DNA from: Phoronis australis
Taxonomy: Eukaryota > Animalia > Phoronida
Reading direction: 5' to 3'
Assembly (NCBI GenBank): GCA_002633005.1
Contig: NMRA01000477.1
Location: 292,397 to 333,220, forward strand
Length of the DNA: 40,824 nucleotides
Part shown: positions 27,301 through 36,769 of the stretch, piece after piece
Position numbering within the stretch: the first letter of the stretch is position 1
How the letters are laid out: every line of letters begins with the position of its first letter
Translations under genes and position numbers: made by a program
Notes under the pieces: generated by a model
Told to the model about the DNA's origin: nothing
The model's input: only the letters and a program-made list of their open reading frames with translations
Databases searched by the model: none

Positions 27301-30300
27301 TTGAACCTCTCAAGAATATGCATTTGGGAACGAAATCGAGCGCCATACTGCCGTGCGAGATGAGTTGGACAATTCCAGAAAAGCCGATCTTTGGTAGACA
27401 GCCGGGTTAGTTTCTTCTATAGCAGATCATTGGTTTGTATTCCCACCCCGTATTCCCGAAATGGCTTAACAGTCTTGCTTACTTTTGAAAATTCTTTTTT
27501 GAAAGCTCGAGTTTAATGTTTCTACTTCTTCAAATCCATCGTTAAGTATCAAAAAGTTTTTAACGATGGCAGCCAGTCAGCGGCACATGTCTAATTATAA
27601 AAGATTCCCCTTCGTAATTCCTGAATGGCTAAATCCAATTTGAAAACCTGATAATTGTTATTGCTAACCCATGTACATGTAGTTCATTTACCGGAGTGCT
27701 GTGGTGCTAGATATGGTCCATGCTGCTGGACATTTATTTTATTTTTAATTTTCAAAGCAAAAAGTAAAGGAGATCATCGTCCGTGATGCAGAGGCTAAAT
27801 CAATGTATTGCAGACTACAGCAAATTACCCGTCTTGAATTGCCTGAAAAAGTGATTTGAATAAGACATTCAAAATCTTGCATTTTGATCGACATGCTGGT
27901 GAACATTTTGCTTCTTGCATTTTGGTCGATATGGTGAAGAACATTTTGCTTCTAACGACATATAAAGACATATAAAGAGGTAATGAGCCGTGAGGTTGCG
28001 ATAAACAAAAACTAACAACTTCGTTAGAAACTGCACAGTGCATGAATAGCCGTTGTTTTTGTCAATCAATAGTTCTTATTTTTATTATCCCGGGGCAGTA
28101 TTCTTCTTAGAGCTACCGTTGTGTGCGGCTCACCAGGTTTGACGTCACTTGGTTATACAAATTTTACGATCACGCGATCGCTTTTAACATTTTGCATGGC
28201 ACGTGATGTCCGAAATCGTATCATTACATGCGCGCACCCAACCTAAAATATAGGGGGCTCAAATTTACTGAAAAAAATCAACGAGGACTAAAAAAAAACA
28301 AAACCCCACCAAGTTCAGGCCTACGAATTGTGCATCCGCGCCAAATTCCTGTGGACTTTTGTCTCGTTCGAGGCCCCCCTAGCCCCCCCCCCCCCGGGTG
28401 CGCCCATGCATTATCGTTACTAATCAATTTTAGCTAAAATGGCGTCACCAGACAGCATGCATTCTTTCAACTGTATTTTTCTGCGACGTTTACAAATTGT
28501 AAAGCGGCTATCCCACCTTCCGCCCAAGAAGCGAACATTTAATTAAGACCACTTACGACTGGGAAATTGGTCTCAGCCTCTCCCTTTACCTAGATGAGAA
28601 GAGGTTTGGGAGTTTGCAAGGAACTGCTGGTTCCTAATTGAGAATATGCTCGTGACATAAAATGACACACCGAGACACTGACTCCAACTTGTAGAGCCTG
28701 CAGTCTATTTCATGAACGTGACTTGAAACTTAAGACATACATTTGTTATTAAGCTCTCACTTCACAATTGCTGACAAATTTTTTCATAAAAGGTCTCAAG
28801 CAGTAACGAGTTTTCGAATCTTTCGAAACACTGAAATCTCCTCCAAATTGGTTGAGGAACGATTTGAGACCACTTTTAAATGGTCTAAATCAAAAGTATA
28901 TATTTGTGGTAGATGGCGAGTTCGTTTTCCCTTAAAAAGTCATGACACATGTATGAGAATTTACTTAAAAGTTTCATAACTGAGTAGAACTAAAAACTGG
29001 TAAGTTAGCAAAAATGGTATGAACGGATTGTGAATTACGCGTAAGATTGGACGAGGTTGCTGAAATTATGAATACATTATTCACTGAGCACCTATCAGGG
29101 GCTATGGAGGTCACTGAACGGTTGCGACTTTAATTTTTTGTAGGGTTGATTTTACCAGCTTGGTCTTGAAATATGTTCGCTATGGCTTTTGTCGTGTTTT
29201 AATTAAACTTCCTTTTGCTGGGGCTGTGAGTGCATATAATTCTACGTTGCATTATTTGAGTGTGGCTTTTGTCGATAAAATGAGTCCAATGTACACCTGT
29301 ATCTGAATGAATGTTTTGGTTTGCTGTGACTACCTTTCGCCGTCCTTATGAGAAATTTACGAGACCTATAGTTTTGTTACGTAAGCGCGGCATGTGATAG
29401 AATGCCCGATAACCATTTTGTCAGATGTATAATGATTCAATGAACGTCATACGAGTTTCTGCTAAAGAAAAGGCACATGCGGCGACAAATAGGACAAAAC
29501 AAATCGCCTTTGAATTCAGAGCATTATCCCGTGTGGACCGGTAACAAGCGATCAATGAACTTACTCCATCTAGGCCATTATGCAATCATTAACTTCAGTA
29601 GGAATCGTAGCTTGCCGTATACACTTCAATGAATATGTCAAGGAATATCCTTTAAAAATTTCTAACTTGCGGTCGGATAAAACGAGACAATGGTTTAAGC
29701 CAGTAATATAATATCGCAAAATATTCGGCCTGAAATGGTACCCTTTCCAAGATCCTTAGTTTGTGGAAGTCTTCTATTGACGCTGCACCAGCGCATTAAT
29801 GACCGTACTACCTGCTACCACTGGTAGATTGCTCAGTACAAGACAGTAGATAGCTCTAGCGCACAACAAGGAAACCCTTACGAGCACGTTGTCGGTTCCT
29901 ATTGCTTCGCTGGTATTCAAGCTAGTTTTCATGTAACCATGTTCATAAATACCAAATATTCCAGCAAAACCTTTTGACAACACGTTTTCTAAGCAAATGA
30001 AATCTAACAAGGTTGCAAATGAACGACCATTGTTACGTGAATTGGGATTTTCTAAATCAGTGCTTAGAGCTATATTAATTATAGATTGTTTTCTGTGATG
30101 GAAAATCAATGTTCGGACCATAACGCGAAGTAGACAAGTGTTCAATAATAGACAAGAATGATTCAGCAGTATAATGCTAGGTTATCACTTGTGGAAAGCC
30201 AGATTGTTGTAACGGGATTCCGTTTCACAAATTGAACACTATGAAAATAAAATTTCGGAAGAAATTCACATCAAGAAACGAGACAGGATCAGCTGATCAG

Positions 30301-33300
30301 AAAAATCTCACTGGCGTTTAACGCACATTTTTATACTACAGTTATTTCAGTATAGCTAATATTCCCTCCTCACCATCCACACGGTCGTTCTCATACATTT
30401 TTCGTTTGTAATTTATTCTGTTCTCACATACTGCATTTTTCATACAACGAAATCACTTCTTAAGAATATTTTCTTTCCCCACGAACCACAATTTTCCAAG
30501 TTCTATAATCCCAGAGAATTTTGTCACAACTAGATTCATATATAGTACATATCTGTATCTGGCGTTCTTGAGAAATGACACGTGCTCATCCAGGAGCACC
30601 TGTGAGGCAGACGAAAAAATGGTGAATAGAGAATCCTACACTCGTCTTAGGTTTATGACATGGGCAAGACCTCTTGGAAATTTCGTCAAAATCCCGGGAC
30701 TTGACGAAATTTCAAGACGTGTCACAACACATTCCAGTTCATGTGAGAAAAAAAGTTGTATTCTTGACAAAATAACGTTTTTTAAAGCTACATTGAGAGC
30801 CGTTTCGTCGGGTCAAAAATGGCTAAATAGAGGATAAAAATATGAGCGAAACGTTTTGTAAAACCGAACATAAGACCTACGAGCCCCATCCCGACCACAG
30901 TATAGTCATGGAACAAGAAATGTTAATGCGAAAAAATCGGCAATTTTTTAAAGATCAGCCCTACCATATGCACTACAACTCAGAACCTTAGCGGTTGCAG
31001 TCCAGCGCTTTATTAGCGGGGCTAAACATTACATGATAAATAATAGAGTATTGATATTGTATTTAAGGGATTTTGACACAACTTTAATTCATCGTTGGAG
31101 TTTCAAATTTCTGTATTTTGCATTTTGATCTTTTTCAACTAAAAATTTGCAATGAAGTGCAGGGTTCACGGAATTAGTCGCCTAAACAAACCCATCCCTG
31201 GCAAAGATGTGAAATTTACATGGGTTACCGAAAAAAATCTCTAATTAAATTAATGATTGAAATTCTTTTGAAAATGGATTGATTGTTTTATACGATGTCA
31301 ATTTTATGTTTTAATGACTTTTATACTTCCCAGTAAGTAAAATGTTTTTTTTTCTGGAGTTTCGTGTAACTCAAGTTCTACCGTCTTTGGCTTCTACAGT
31401 GTGTTGAAATTTTACTTCTGTGTTTTATTTTGATGTACATCACAGTTTAGATGTTCGTAGACTACGTTTTTGAAGTATTTTAATTCAGAGTCACATAAGA
31501 AAGCACAACTTGACCTACTCATGAACGCGCCAGCTTCAAAATTACGATTTCTCCTTTGCATTTCACTATGTGGTGATTATGTTACGTTTAGGAGATTGTG
31601 AAATAAGTTAAGTTGTTTGGAACAATTCCAAAACAAGAAATTCTACCTTTAATGAATTCGAACTTGCCGTGTGAATTAAGCCACATTTCATATCCACACT
31701 TGATGTCGCGCGATGCTATAAAATGCCAAAACAGCATAAGTTCAATGGAAATTAGTCTTGGCGTAAAGATGTACACTAAATATACAGTCTTCATACAGCG
31801 AGCTGGCTGGCTAAATGGAAATCAGGATTTTTCAAACTGAATAAGCTATTTGTTGAAAAACCATAGTCAAATGTTTTATAAGTTAACAAATGACATGAAA
31901 CAACGACTGCTTTATGGTTTTTGGTAAACCGTGTAATTACTAATTAAATCACAAAACCGCAACTGGTCAAAGCATGGTCTAAGCTAATACCTTCATGACG
32001 TATATCCCATCCAAAAACACGCAAATACGTTTTCTCGCTTATGCCCCTTTTCCTTATTAATACTCGTTTTTGCGACCGTTGCAAAGTTAATAAATCATAA
32101 CGTTCGACACTCGCAATGATTGTGTGAAACGGGAATCGATTTCCCATATTACCTAAACGGCGCTCAGTATACCTTTAAGAATATCTTCAGGGATCGTGAG
32201 AGAAGAGGCCTCAAGCCTCGCTATAATATGTACAAATTTCGATGTCTACAAATCAGAAAAGGTGTTTGTAAGTGTAGCGATTTTAGATTATCGTGAAATG
32301 AATATGACATAAAAAGACAAACTCATCATATATTACTAATTGAGTTACCTATTGTACACATCACTGCCCGCGTTCGAGTTTTATTAAGTCCTGCAAAACG
32401 AAGAACTCTTTGACTGACCCAAATGTTTTGATTTTTAATAAAAGAATTCCCAATTAGTTAGTGGTTGTGCTGTCAAAGTGAAGGCATGACCCTTGATTAA
32501 ATTCTTACATTGCTCAGTGCGATTGTCCACATACCGAGGTCGTGTTGTATTTGGGTCAGTGATTCGAATCTCTAAATTAGGTATCCGGGGATCGACCCGA
32601 TTCATGAATAGTTGCACTCAATGAAAAATACCCAAAATTCGTAATTTCATATTTATCAAATGCAAACATCAAAAACAACTTCAGCAGCAATCGAAATACA
32701 CAATGTACATCCCACCCACACTTGAAACATTCTGCTATGATTTGAGGTGGCTTGCCATCTCGAATTTTTTTCTTCAAATGCTGCCATAGAATATTTTATA
32801 TTCTTAGAAGAATGCTGTAACAATAATTAGACTGCAATTCGAATGCTTCTCAACGTGTCTCCTCCCCTTCAACTGGTGTTTTGAGCAAAATATTCTGCTG
32901 AAGGGGAGCAATAGACCCAAATGTTTCGAAACCATTCAGATAGAACGCACCTCGAACATTCTGGGTCGAGTTTCTCAGACGCAAGAATATCGCTGAATAA
33001 GCTTGTGTAGACACGTGCTTTGTTTATCGTAATACGTGACGAGCTTCTTGTTTGCTCTTGCGATTTCACGAGATTTTAAATATTTCTCAGTTGTAAAGAG
33101 CAAATAATGTGTAATAAAAAAAATCCCTAATGAATGAGTTTGCACCGTGCCGATACTGGAATTTTAATCTTTTGCCGCGAGATTAGCTGAAATAATACTC
33201 CTACTTTGGTCATTAATTATGCGCTTCTCTTAAGGTCGGTGAACTTATTACGTTTTATACTATTATGGAAACTCGTAAACCGGCTTCAGACATTGCGATC

Positions 33301-36300
33301 ATTTCTTACTTAATCGCCATGTATCGCACCGAGTGATTTGTTTGTTGTTGCGCAGTGAATTGCAGGAATTTGTGCAGGAAATGAAATGTCACAACAAAAC
33401 ATTAGATTGTTTGCTCCGTTTGCAAGGAGCAAGCATTGGATACGGTTGGGGGTAATTTTTCAACAATGAGATTTGCTTAAAATTATTTACCAACTTATAT
33501 CGAGTTCGGATGTAAGAACGTATGAGGATTCACTTCCGGCAGGTGGCGACAGCAGCCTTAAATCAACATAATTATGCTCTATCGAACATGACATGACCAC
33601 ATTTTCTAAAAATAAAAATAAAGTTTATTGTAATATTTTAAGTATAATTTTAGATTTCCTAGTAGTTCACCACAAAAATGCCGCCATAGATCACTGACGC
33701 CAAACTTATCTTTTTGTAAACGTAGAAAAGGAGATTGTAAAAAGTACATGAACACTGAACACTAGTCTCGTGGTTTCTAATTTATAACGGGTTGTTACGT
33801 TTTAATCAATTTTTTTTTCGATTGATAAACTCGTTCTGTGTGCTGGTTGATTAGATGGAAAGTCGAATTACAAGACAGATACAGACTGCGTGAACTAGAA
33901 TAGACCTATTGCACTGTCAGACGAATTTAATCTCGGTAAAGATGAGAGTTCACGCAGTGAATTAATCCAAGCGCATTTGCGTCACACGACTCGGTCATTG
34001 CACAAATTCAAAGATAGCATCACCTGCGTTAGATAATGGCGTCCAAAGTGTGGGAATAGTCTGAAAAACGGTCTCAACTTATGTTTTTATCAACAAGGAT
34101 TTCATCAAAGAAAACAGACCAAGCCGTTCGTGCGCGGGATTGGAAGTAATCTCATCGTTGTTAATAAAGGAATTCGTCTTAATAAAATCGAATGGAACCC
34201 ATTTGAATACACTTCCAAAATACATTTAAGAAGGTTTCGTAAGATTGAACCGGCTAGGGTGGAGTTCCATAGACGCAAGAATCTGGCGAAGGACATGCTT
34301 CTCGTGCGCTACAAATGGTAATATCTCGCGAAGGTCTTGCTTGATCATGAAGTTTCGCGAGGTCCTCGCATCTACGGAACGCATCCCTGGTGCATATTTT
34401 ACCTTTGTTAACCGTTTGTTCAGTCGTTTGACAAGTGAATCCGTTGAGTTTACCCACAATGCTGTTGAATTCGATATTGAAAATGAAAGCTGTGTGGGGT
34501 TTGTGGTGTGCGCAAGACAACCTGATCATTATCTGTTATTATTTTGTTGTTTATTATTCATGTTCATCTCCGCGTGCTTTAGCATTTCTTCCTCTGTGCT
34601 TACTTTGATTTTTGTGATAGACATTTCCATTGTTTAAAAAAGCTTGATACAACAAAACGTTTTAACCGGTTGAATGATAATATACATTGAACTTCATTGT
34701 GTTCGAGTCCCACTGGGCCACACTGCAAGACCATCTAGTCGGATTTCTAGCTCCTCATCTCGGTTTTAACTATATGTTAATAAAGTACAAAAACAGCTCC
34801 AGGTGATCAGTGCAATGGGTGCACATGCGCGGCCTGGGCACGTCTGGGTACAACATGTTCCAGACCGCCTGCAATTATTTTTTATTATTCAATGTGCACA
34901 GCAAAGTGACTGAAACGGCAAGCTTTTTAATCAAGTACTAGACCGCTAGAACCGGTAGTTTTGTATCAAGAACAAAAATAAAAGCGATACCTGACTCACA
35001 TGCCTAGTCGTGTTGAACATAGAGGTACAGGCTAGCGCCGCTAGGTCGTGAAAGTCCTTAACTATTGTTAAAACGCCACAAAATTTAGGGAAAGTCGCAG
35101 AAATACGTATAAAAATAGGCCGCACTGCCTCTGCATTCCACTTGTACTGTCCCAATACGCGCACGGACGATTCCGTGCTCGATGTTCGAGAATTTCTTTC
35201 GGATTTATTGTAGTTTACACCGGAATGAGAGGAAATTCAAAAGGTGGCGCCACGTCTATTTGTCGCAAGCATCTGACAGAACCAAACTGTCAACCATGTT
35301 TTCAATTGTTGTTTATAGGCATTTGGTCACGCGCGTGTGTATTTGCATGCTTGGAAATCATTCACATTCTTCTCGAGACTACTTGTCAAAAACAGAGAAT
35401 CCATTCTCTCGTATGTGGTACGTGTACGTCGACATTTAATATTTTTTCCTGCACTGACAAGGCGTTGCCAGGAACCATGAAGCGACTGCTTTGCACCAAC
35501 CTCTCGTTAGAAGTCACTTTCTTAATAGTTTAATGAAATTTCTCATTTACTAATTTCTCCATTCCACCCAAGAGGAATTGCATTGTGTTGTATTTTCGTA
35601 TCTCCTACTACGCTATTGACAATGAGCTGGCTGTGGGATGGACAGGGATTTTCACACATAAACTATATGCCCTCGAAAACCATGGAAAGATTACCACAAA
35701 ACTTTTTTACGTCGCTGCGGGCATAGCTGGTATACACACAATAAACAACTTTTAATTAACTGCGTTTTTCTTCAGAGAAACCTGATTCACAGGGTTAAAT
35801 TGGATGACAGGTAACTTTTGCTACTTATACACATTGGTATGTTTATTTGCACATCCCATGGCTACAGTAAGTTGATTATGAGAGTCATAAATATGAATAA
35901 ATATTTCAGTACGTTGACGAGCTTAGGCCTTCGTAGGTAAATGACCGTCAGTGACGCTTCACTTTCCGGTCTCTAAATAATAAATAACGGATTGAGATAA
36001 AATGCTGGTAAGGAATATTACGAAGCCGGTTTTATCAGCTAAAGGGGCTTAATTCATTTTTGGCATGTAAATACAGGAAATGAAAGTCATACAGCTTTGA
36101 TCACGAGTCCATCGGATACGTTATTGTTGAGCCCTACCCGTTACATTTCACCGTCTACTTCCCACAGTTCTGCACGGGTAGGCAAAACGGAAAAAGTTAC
36201 ACCAGGTAATCACGGGACAAGTCGATTGAAGACAGTTAAACGCGTAAAGAATTTTAGAATGGCGATTGTAAAGATTTCTCGAATCTATTGCGGATGTCAA

Positions 36301-36757
36301 CCGTTTTAAGAAATCATTGAGCTTTCGGCGCTCGGGGCAACAATAAGAAATATCGCCCCTCGGTATGCCTTTAATGACGGGAAAATTTTCTTTCAATTTA
36401 AACTGCAATGAAATCTCGCTGATTTGCGAGAGACACGACTTCTGGGTTATCTATAGTAAATTTGTTTTCTTAGAGACATTTATCATCATGAAATATCTGA
36501 AGAAATTAGCAAAATGTTTACAGGAATGAACAATCGAATACGTCACAAGACTGCAACATGAAGTTCATGAAGTGTTCAAAGCTTTCCTTTGCCTCAAATA
36601 CGCGAGGATTTTTATTGCACCCTTAAAGAAACAAATTCGGTAAAAGATTTACCCACGAGAGCAATAGAGGTATGCACTTACTGTCTCCTTTGCATTGAGC
36701 CAACGAAGCAACTCCAAGCAACAGCAGCTGGGAGAAGAAACGATAACGTGACCTCAT
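102..36757 (-). CDS. PKHD1L1: Fibrocystin-L / PKHD1L1-like gene, 5' portion, 25 coding exons, 3'-partial: join(36757-36682,24931-24736,23116-23017,21288-21228,20205-20091,19520-19491,19062-18986,18217-18080,15607-15494,15258-15157,14531-14233,13297-13203,12418-12256,11760-11640,10009-9869,9100-8925,8132-7908,7441-7347,6836-6685,6024-5876,4531-4384,3790-3639,3222-3097,2169-2064,380-102)
   Basis: All introns GT-AG, all junction phases match, 3436 nt of open frame. Domain order is signal peptide, IPT/TIG, PA14, linker, IPT. Motifs I recognise from fibrocystin-L: TDVYGSN, YGR..EMYQQYA, SPKEGSIEGGTEITVTG, GNRG, FVAPFSGNYTF..ADD, QTGDA..EKQ, FCGSKSWKNP, WQYTC, GDFLRT, VNGLPTKCSGNCSF. Orthology (PKHD1L1 vs PKHD1 vs a lineage paralog) is from recall, not from a search. 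Confidence 0.9.
2064..2169 (-). CDS. PKHD1L1: Exon 24 (VSALVNGLPTKCSGNCSFSYSVSKTPTVTGLTASA)
   Basis: cttccag| and AG|GTAAGT, 106 nt, phase 0 to 1. Confidence 0.93.
3097..3222 (-). CDS. PKHD1L1: Exon 23 (IDDTSSLLGHQV...DPIMGDFLRTVHRDSMQ)
   Basis: ggtag| and AG|GTATGG, 126 nt, phase 0 to 0; GDxLRT motif. Confidence 0.88.
3639..3790 (-). CDS. PKHD1L1: Exon 22 (LFKNFASELGDTIESAF...CHSRSWEVTWETPGGNRPPIG)
   Basis: ttttccag| and |GTAAGT, 152 nt, phase 1 to 0. Confidence 0.88.
4384..4531 (-). CDS. PKHD1L1: Exon 21 (VKSGSLSSNSAK...ATGPVTGSFTINVNGTKKT)
   Basis: tcttgcag| and AG|GTAGGC, 148 nt, phase 0 to 1. Confidence 0.88.
5876..6024 (-). CDS. PKHD1L1: Exon 20 (TSKIRIPPRALMNSISV...PLFCEHNFGLLSVRFGQ)
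   Basis: tcttgcag| and AG|GTAAAT, 149 nt, phase 1 to 0. Confidence 0.88.
6685..6836 (-). CDS. PKHD1L1: Exon 19 (WQYTCLNIRDKV...GDFYVDQVMVSTKVPLTQ)
   Basis: ttttcag| and AG|GTAATT, 152 nt, phase 2 to 1; WxYTC and FYVD motifs. Confidence 0.9.
7347..7441 (-). CDS. PKHD1L1: Exon 18 (LCFGFKARAGEIVELYFNGRHSAVELPVGTG)
   Basis: T10-acag| and GA|GTACGT, 95 nt, phase 0 to 2; required to keep the frame into the next exon. Confidence 0.85.
7908..8132 (-). CDS. PKHD1L1: Exon 17 (VKEVLGGLFKPRCSK...PFCGSKSWKNPWYLIHGVGIRNDKGYS)
   Basis: ttactag| and |GTAAGT, 225 nt, phase 0 to 0; FCGxxSxKNP motif. Confidence 0.88.
8925..9100 (-). CDS. PKHD1L1: Exon 16 (NVPKMTHEIDV...SEPFSSTASADT)
   Basis: ttgacag| and G|GTGAGT, 176 nt, phase 1 to 0. 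Confidence 0.88.
9869..10009 (-). CDS. PKHD1L1: Exon 15 (LMKFDERDSIVRGELAALPLG...VYTVTFAAQA)
   Basis: gttgcag| and G|GTATGT, 141 nt, phase 1 to 1. Confidence 0.88.
11148..11233. repeat. Compound (GT/CA)-rich alternating purine-pyrimidine microsatellite
   Basis: (GT)6 followed by repeated AGTGTGCATGTGCAC units. Confidence 0.85.
11640..11760 (-). CDS. PKHD1L1: Exon 14 (TVVFNSIPSHSGKSTVQKVTV...RLCIVGLCT)
   Basis: tcttgcag| and |GTAAGT, 121 nt, phase 0 to 1. Confidence 0.87.
12115..12235. repeat. Diverged tandem duplication, about 60-bp unit x2
   Basis: CGCATAAACA(T/C)GGTCA(C/G)TGTCCC...ATAGA..CTGAA occurs twice in tandem. Confidence 0.8.
12256..12418 (-). CDS. PKHD1L1: Exon 13, PA14 end (YYIQALHLNWGQSGGLAVAF...QTGDARMEKQTIKVSSTRRLEKQ)
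   Basis: tttctgtag| and AG|GTCTGT, 163 nt, phase 2 to 0. Confidence 0.9.
13203..13297 (-). CDS. PKHD1L1: Exon 12, PA14 (TRVAFATKYTYHKYTEEASQTSQQFTLEKGK)
   Basis: tttcag| and |GTAAGT, 95 nt, phase 0 to 2; LEKGKRYY spans the junction. Confidence 0.9.
14233..14531 (-). CDS. PKHD1L1: Exon 11, PA14 domain N-part (GNRG...YFVAPFSGNYTFLAKADDFVSLYFSPTGPAEDK)
   Basis: ttttcag| and AG|GTGGGT, 299 nt, phase 1 to 0; PA14 FxAPxSGxYTF..DD motif. Confidence 0.93.
15157..15258 (-). CDS. PKHD1L1: Exon 10, IPT/TIG second half (VPCKVKPGSFSETQVVCITGAKPASSEYDGYYE)
   Basis: tttaccag| and AG|GTAAAA, 102 nt, phase 1 to 1; paired IPT cysteines. Confidence 0.9.
15494..15607 (-). CDS. PKHD1L1: Exon 9, IPT/TIG (VLSISPKEGSIEGGTEITVTGKNFDNSDAHPMTLSIQ)
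   Basis: ttccag| and AG|GTAAGT, 114 nt, phase 1 to 1. Confidence 0.93.
16238..16485. mobile_element. PIF/Harbinger-like MITE, 248 bp
   Basis: TIRs GGGCCCGTTCCA-acaaaactgactta and taagtcagtttcc-TGGAACGGGCCC; 3-bp TSD CTT (16235-16237 and 16486-16488); internal TAAGA..TCTTA palindromic motifs. Confidence 0.8.
16692..16930 (+). pseudogene. Frameshifted THAP zinc-finger relic inside the Kolobok element
   Basis: LRCIVPACPNYEAAKKVGISFF / frameshift in a T8 run / RLPREPEMHRKWL...HLRVCGRYFVDIDF gives C-x4-C, conserved P and W, and CxxHF with H changed to Y. Confidence 0.78.
16953..17102 (-). pseudogene. N-terminal stump of a second gene (KolX / P2X7 C-terminal-domain-like, GYQFEPEYTDQEI)
   Basis: ATG at 17102 is in frame with GYQFEPEYTDQEILEW (YQFEPE region 16998-17018) with one intervening TAG; an acidic SSSDEDF lies in a neighbouring frame. 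Family assignment is from recall of the YxFEP motif. Confidence 0.55.
18080..18217 (-). CDS. PKHD1L1: Exon 8 (GMRVSLIVSGEYGRT...KIEMYQQYA)
   Basis: tttacctag| and AG|GTAGCA, 138 nt, phase 1 to 1. Confidence 0.9.
18347..18418. repeat. Perfect 17-bp minisatellite (TTATAAAGACCTTAAGT) x4.2
   Basis: Identical units start at 18347, 18364, 18381 and 18398. Confidence 0.95.
18986..19062 (-). CDS. PKHD1L1: Exon 7 (QKDMLKLDTNLDWGYAYCKVQGNEI)
   Basis: ttgacag| and G|GTAAGT, 77 nt, phase 2 to 1. Confidence 0.87.
19491..19520 (-). CDS. PKHD1L1: Exon 6, 30-nt microexon (GVAGSQECK)
   Basis: ttttccag| and |GTAAGT, phase 2 to 2; supplies the G..C expected in an IPT strand. Confidence 0.78.
19852..19974. 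repeat. Diverged tandem duplication, about 60-bp unit x2
   Basis: ATTGACGCAG...CTGTCACAAAACCAGA.AG.TCCTTGCA.AGTCTGCTG occurs twice in tandem. Confidence 0.85.
20091..20205 (-). CDS. PKHD1L1: Exon 5 (TLLQIRGLLWTDVYGSNNHLEDLRPRRDHTGAHIQFK)
   Basis: ttgcag| and AG|GTACTG, 115 nt, phase 1 to 2; TDVYGSN motif. Confidence 0.9.
21228..21288 (-). CDS. PKHD1L1: Exon 4 (VDKWKTPYITWIKPRSAPPG)
   Basis: ttttag| and |GTAAGA, 61 nt, phase 0 to 1; TPxIxxIxPxSxxPG IPT start. Confidence 0.88.
22013..22522. mobile_element. Degenerate MITE-like repeat
   Basis: Loose inverted ends (GCTTGAGTTGGCAA and TTGCCATCAAGC) and a subterminal direct repeat GC(G/A)ACCTCAGATT...TTTG(G/C)CGAC near 22046 and 22456; boundaries approximate. 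Confidence 0.35.
23017..23116 (-). CDS. PKHD1L1: Exon 3 (RMPLGYYHVRVRVQPGEIGQKNTTCTKLECRVA)
   Basis: ttttgcag| and |GTAAGT, 100 nt, phase 2 to 0. Confidence 0.9.
24560..24728. mobile_element. Short MITE, 169 bp, with a 5-bp TSD, abutting the exon 2 splice donor
   Basis: Imperfect TIRs CAGAGGCGTATC and GATCTGCCACTG; direct repeat AACTT at 24555-24559 and 24729-24733; G/C-run subterminal palindrome AGGGGGTTTAAACCCCT. Confidence 0.65.
24736..24931 (-). CDS. PKHD1L1: Exon 2, IPT/TIG domain (LPVINNIEPRLCGQFGGTKLTISGKNF...KLMCYT)
   Basis: ctttcag| acceptor, |GTAAGT donor, 196 nt, phase 1 to 2; GGTxLTIxGxNF IPT motif. Confidence 0.92.
27875..27953. repeat. Tandem duplication, 38-bp unit x2
   Basis: TCTTGCATTTTG(A/G)TCGA(C/T)ATG.TG..GAACATTTTGCT at 27875 and 27913. 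Confidence 0.88.
28227..28408. mobile_element. Short MITE, 182 bp, with a 5-bp TSD
   Basis: TIRs CATGCGCGCACCC and GGGTGCGCCCATG (12/13 match); TSD CATTA at 28222-28226 and 28409-28413; poly-C subterminal tract. Confidence 0.8.
30672..30717. repeat. Near-perfect palindrome / hairpin
   Basis: GAAATTTCGTCAA (30677-30689) and TTGACGAAATTTC (30701-30713) are exact reverse complements around AATCCCGGGAC. Confidence 0.8.
36682..36757 (-). CDS. PKHD1L1: Exon 1 (coding part): signal peptide MRSRYRFFSQLLLLGVASLAQCKGD
   Basis: ATG with G at -3, basic N-region, hydrophobic core, small residues near the cleavage region. Consensus donor A|GTAAGT in phase 1 matches the phase-1 acceptor of the next exon. 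TATA box just upstream. Too short to appear in the ORF track. Confidence 0.85.
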
Positions 36758-36769
36758 CGCTGCGTGCCC

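Noticed and set aside
30963-31030. tRNA-like segment on the minus strand; similar B-box-like traces at 40420-40470, 34700-34715 and 14640-14720
   Set aside because: No intact cloverleaf or acceptor stem. At most decayed tRNA-derived SINE heads; tRNAscan-SE or Dfam would be needed to call them.
25482-33069. Short ORFs in intron 1 (e.g. 25772-26026, 26823-27101, 29774-30145) as nested genes
   Set aside because: No recognisable domains, mostly non-ATG starts, no consistent splice chain; lengths are as expected by chance.
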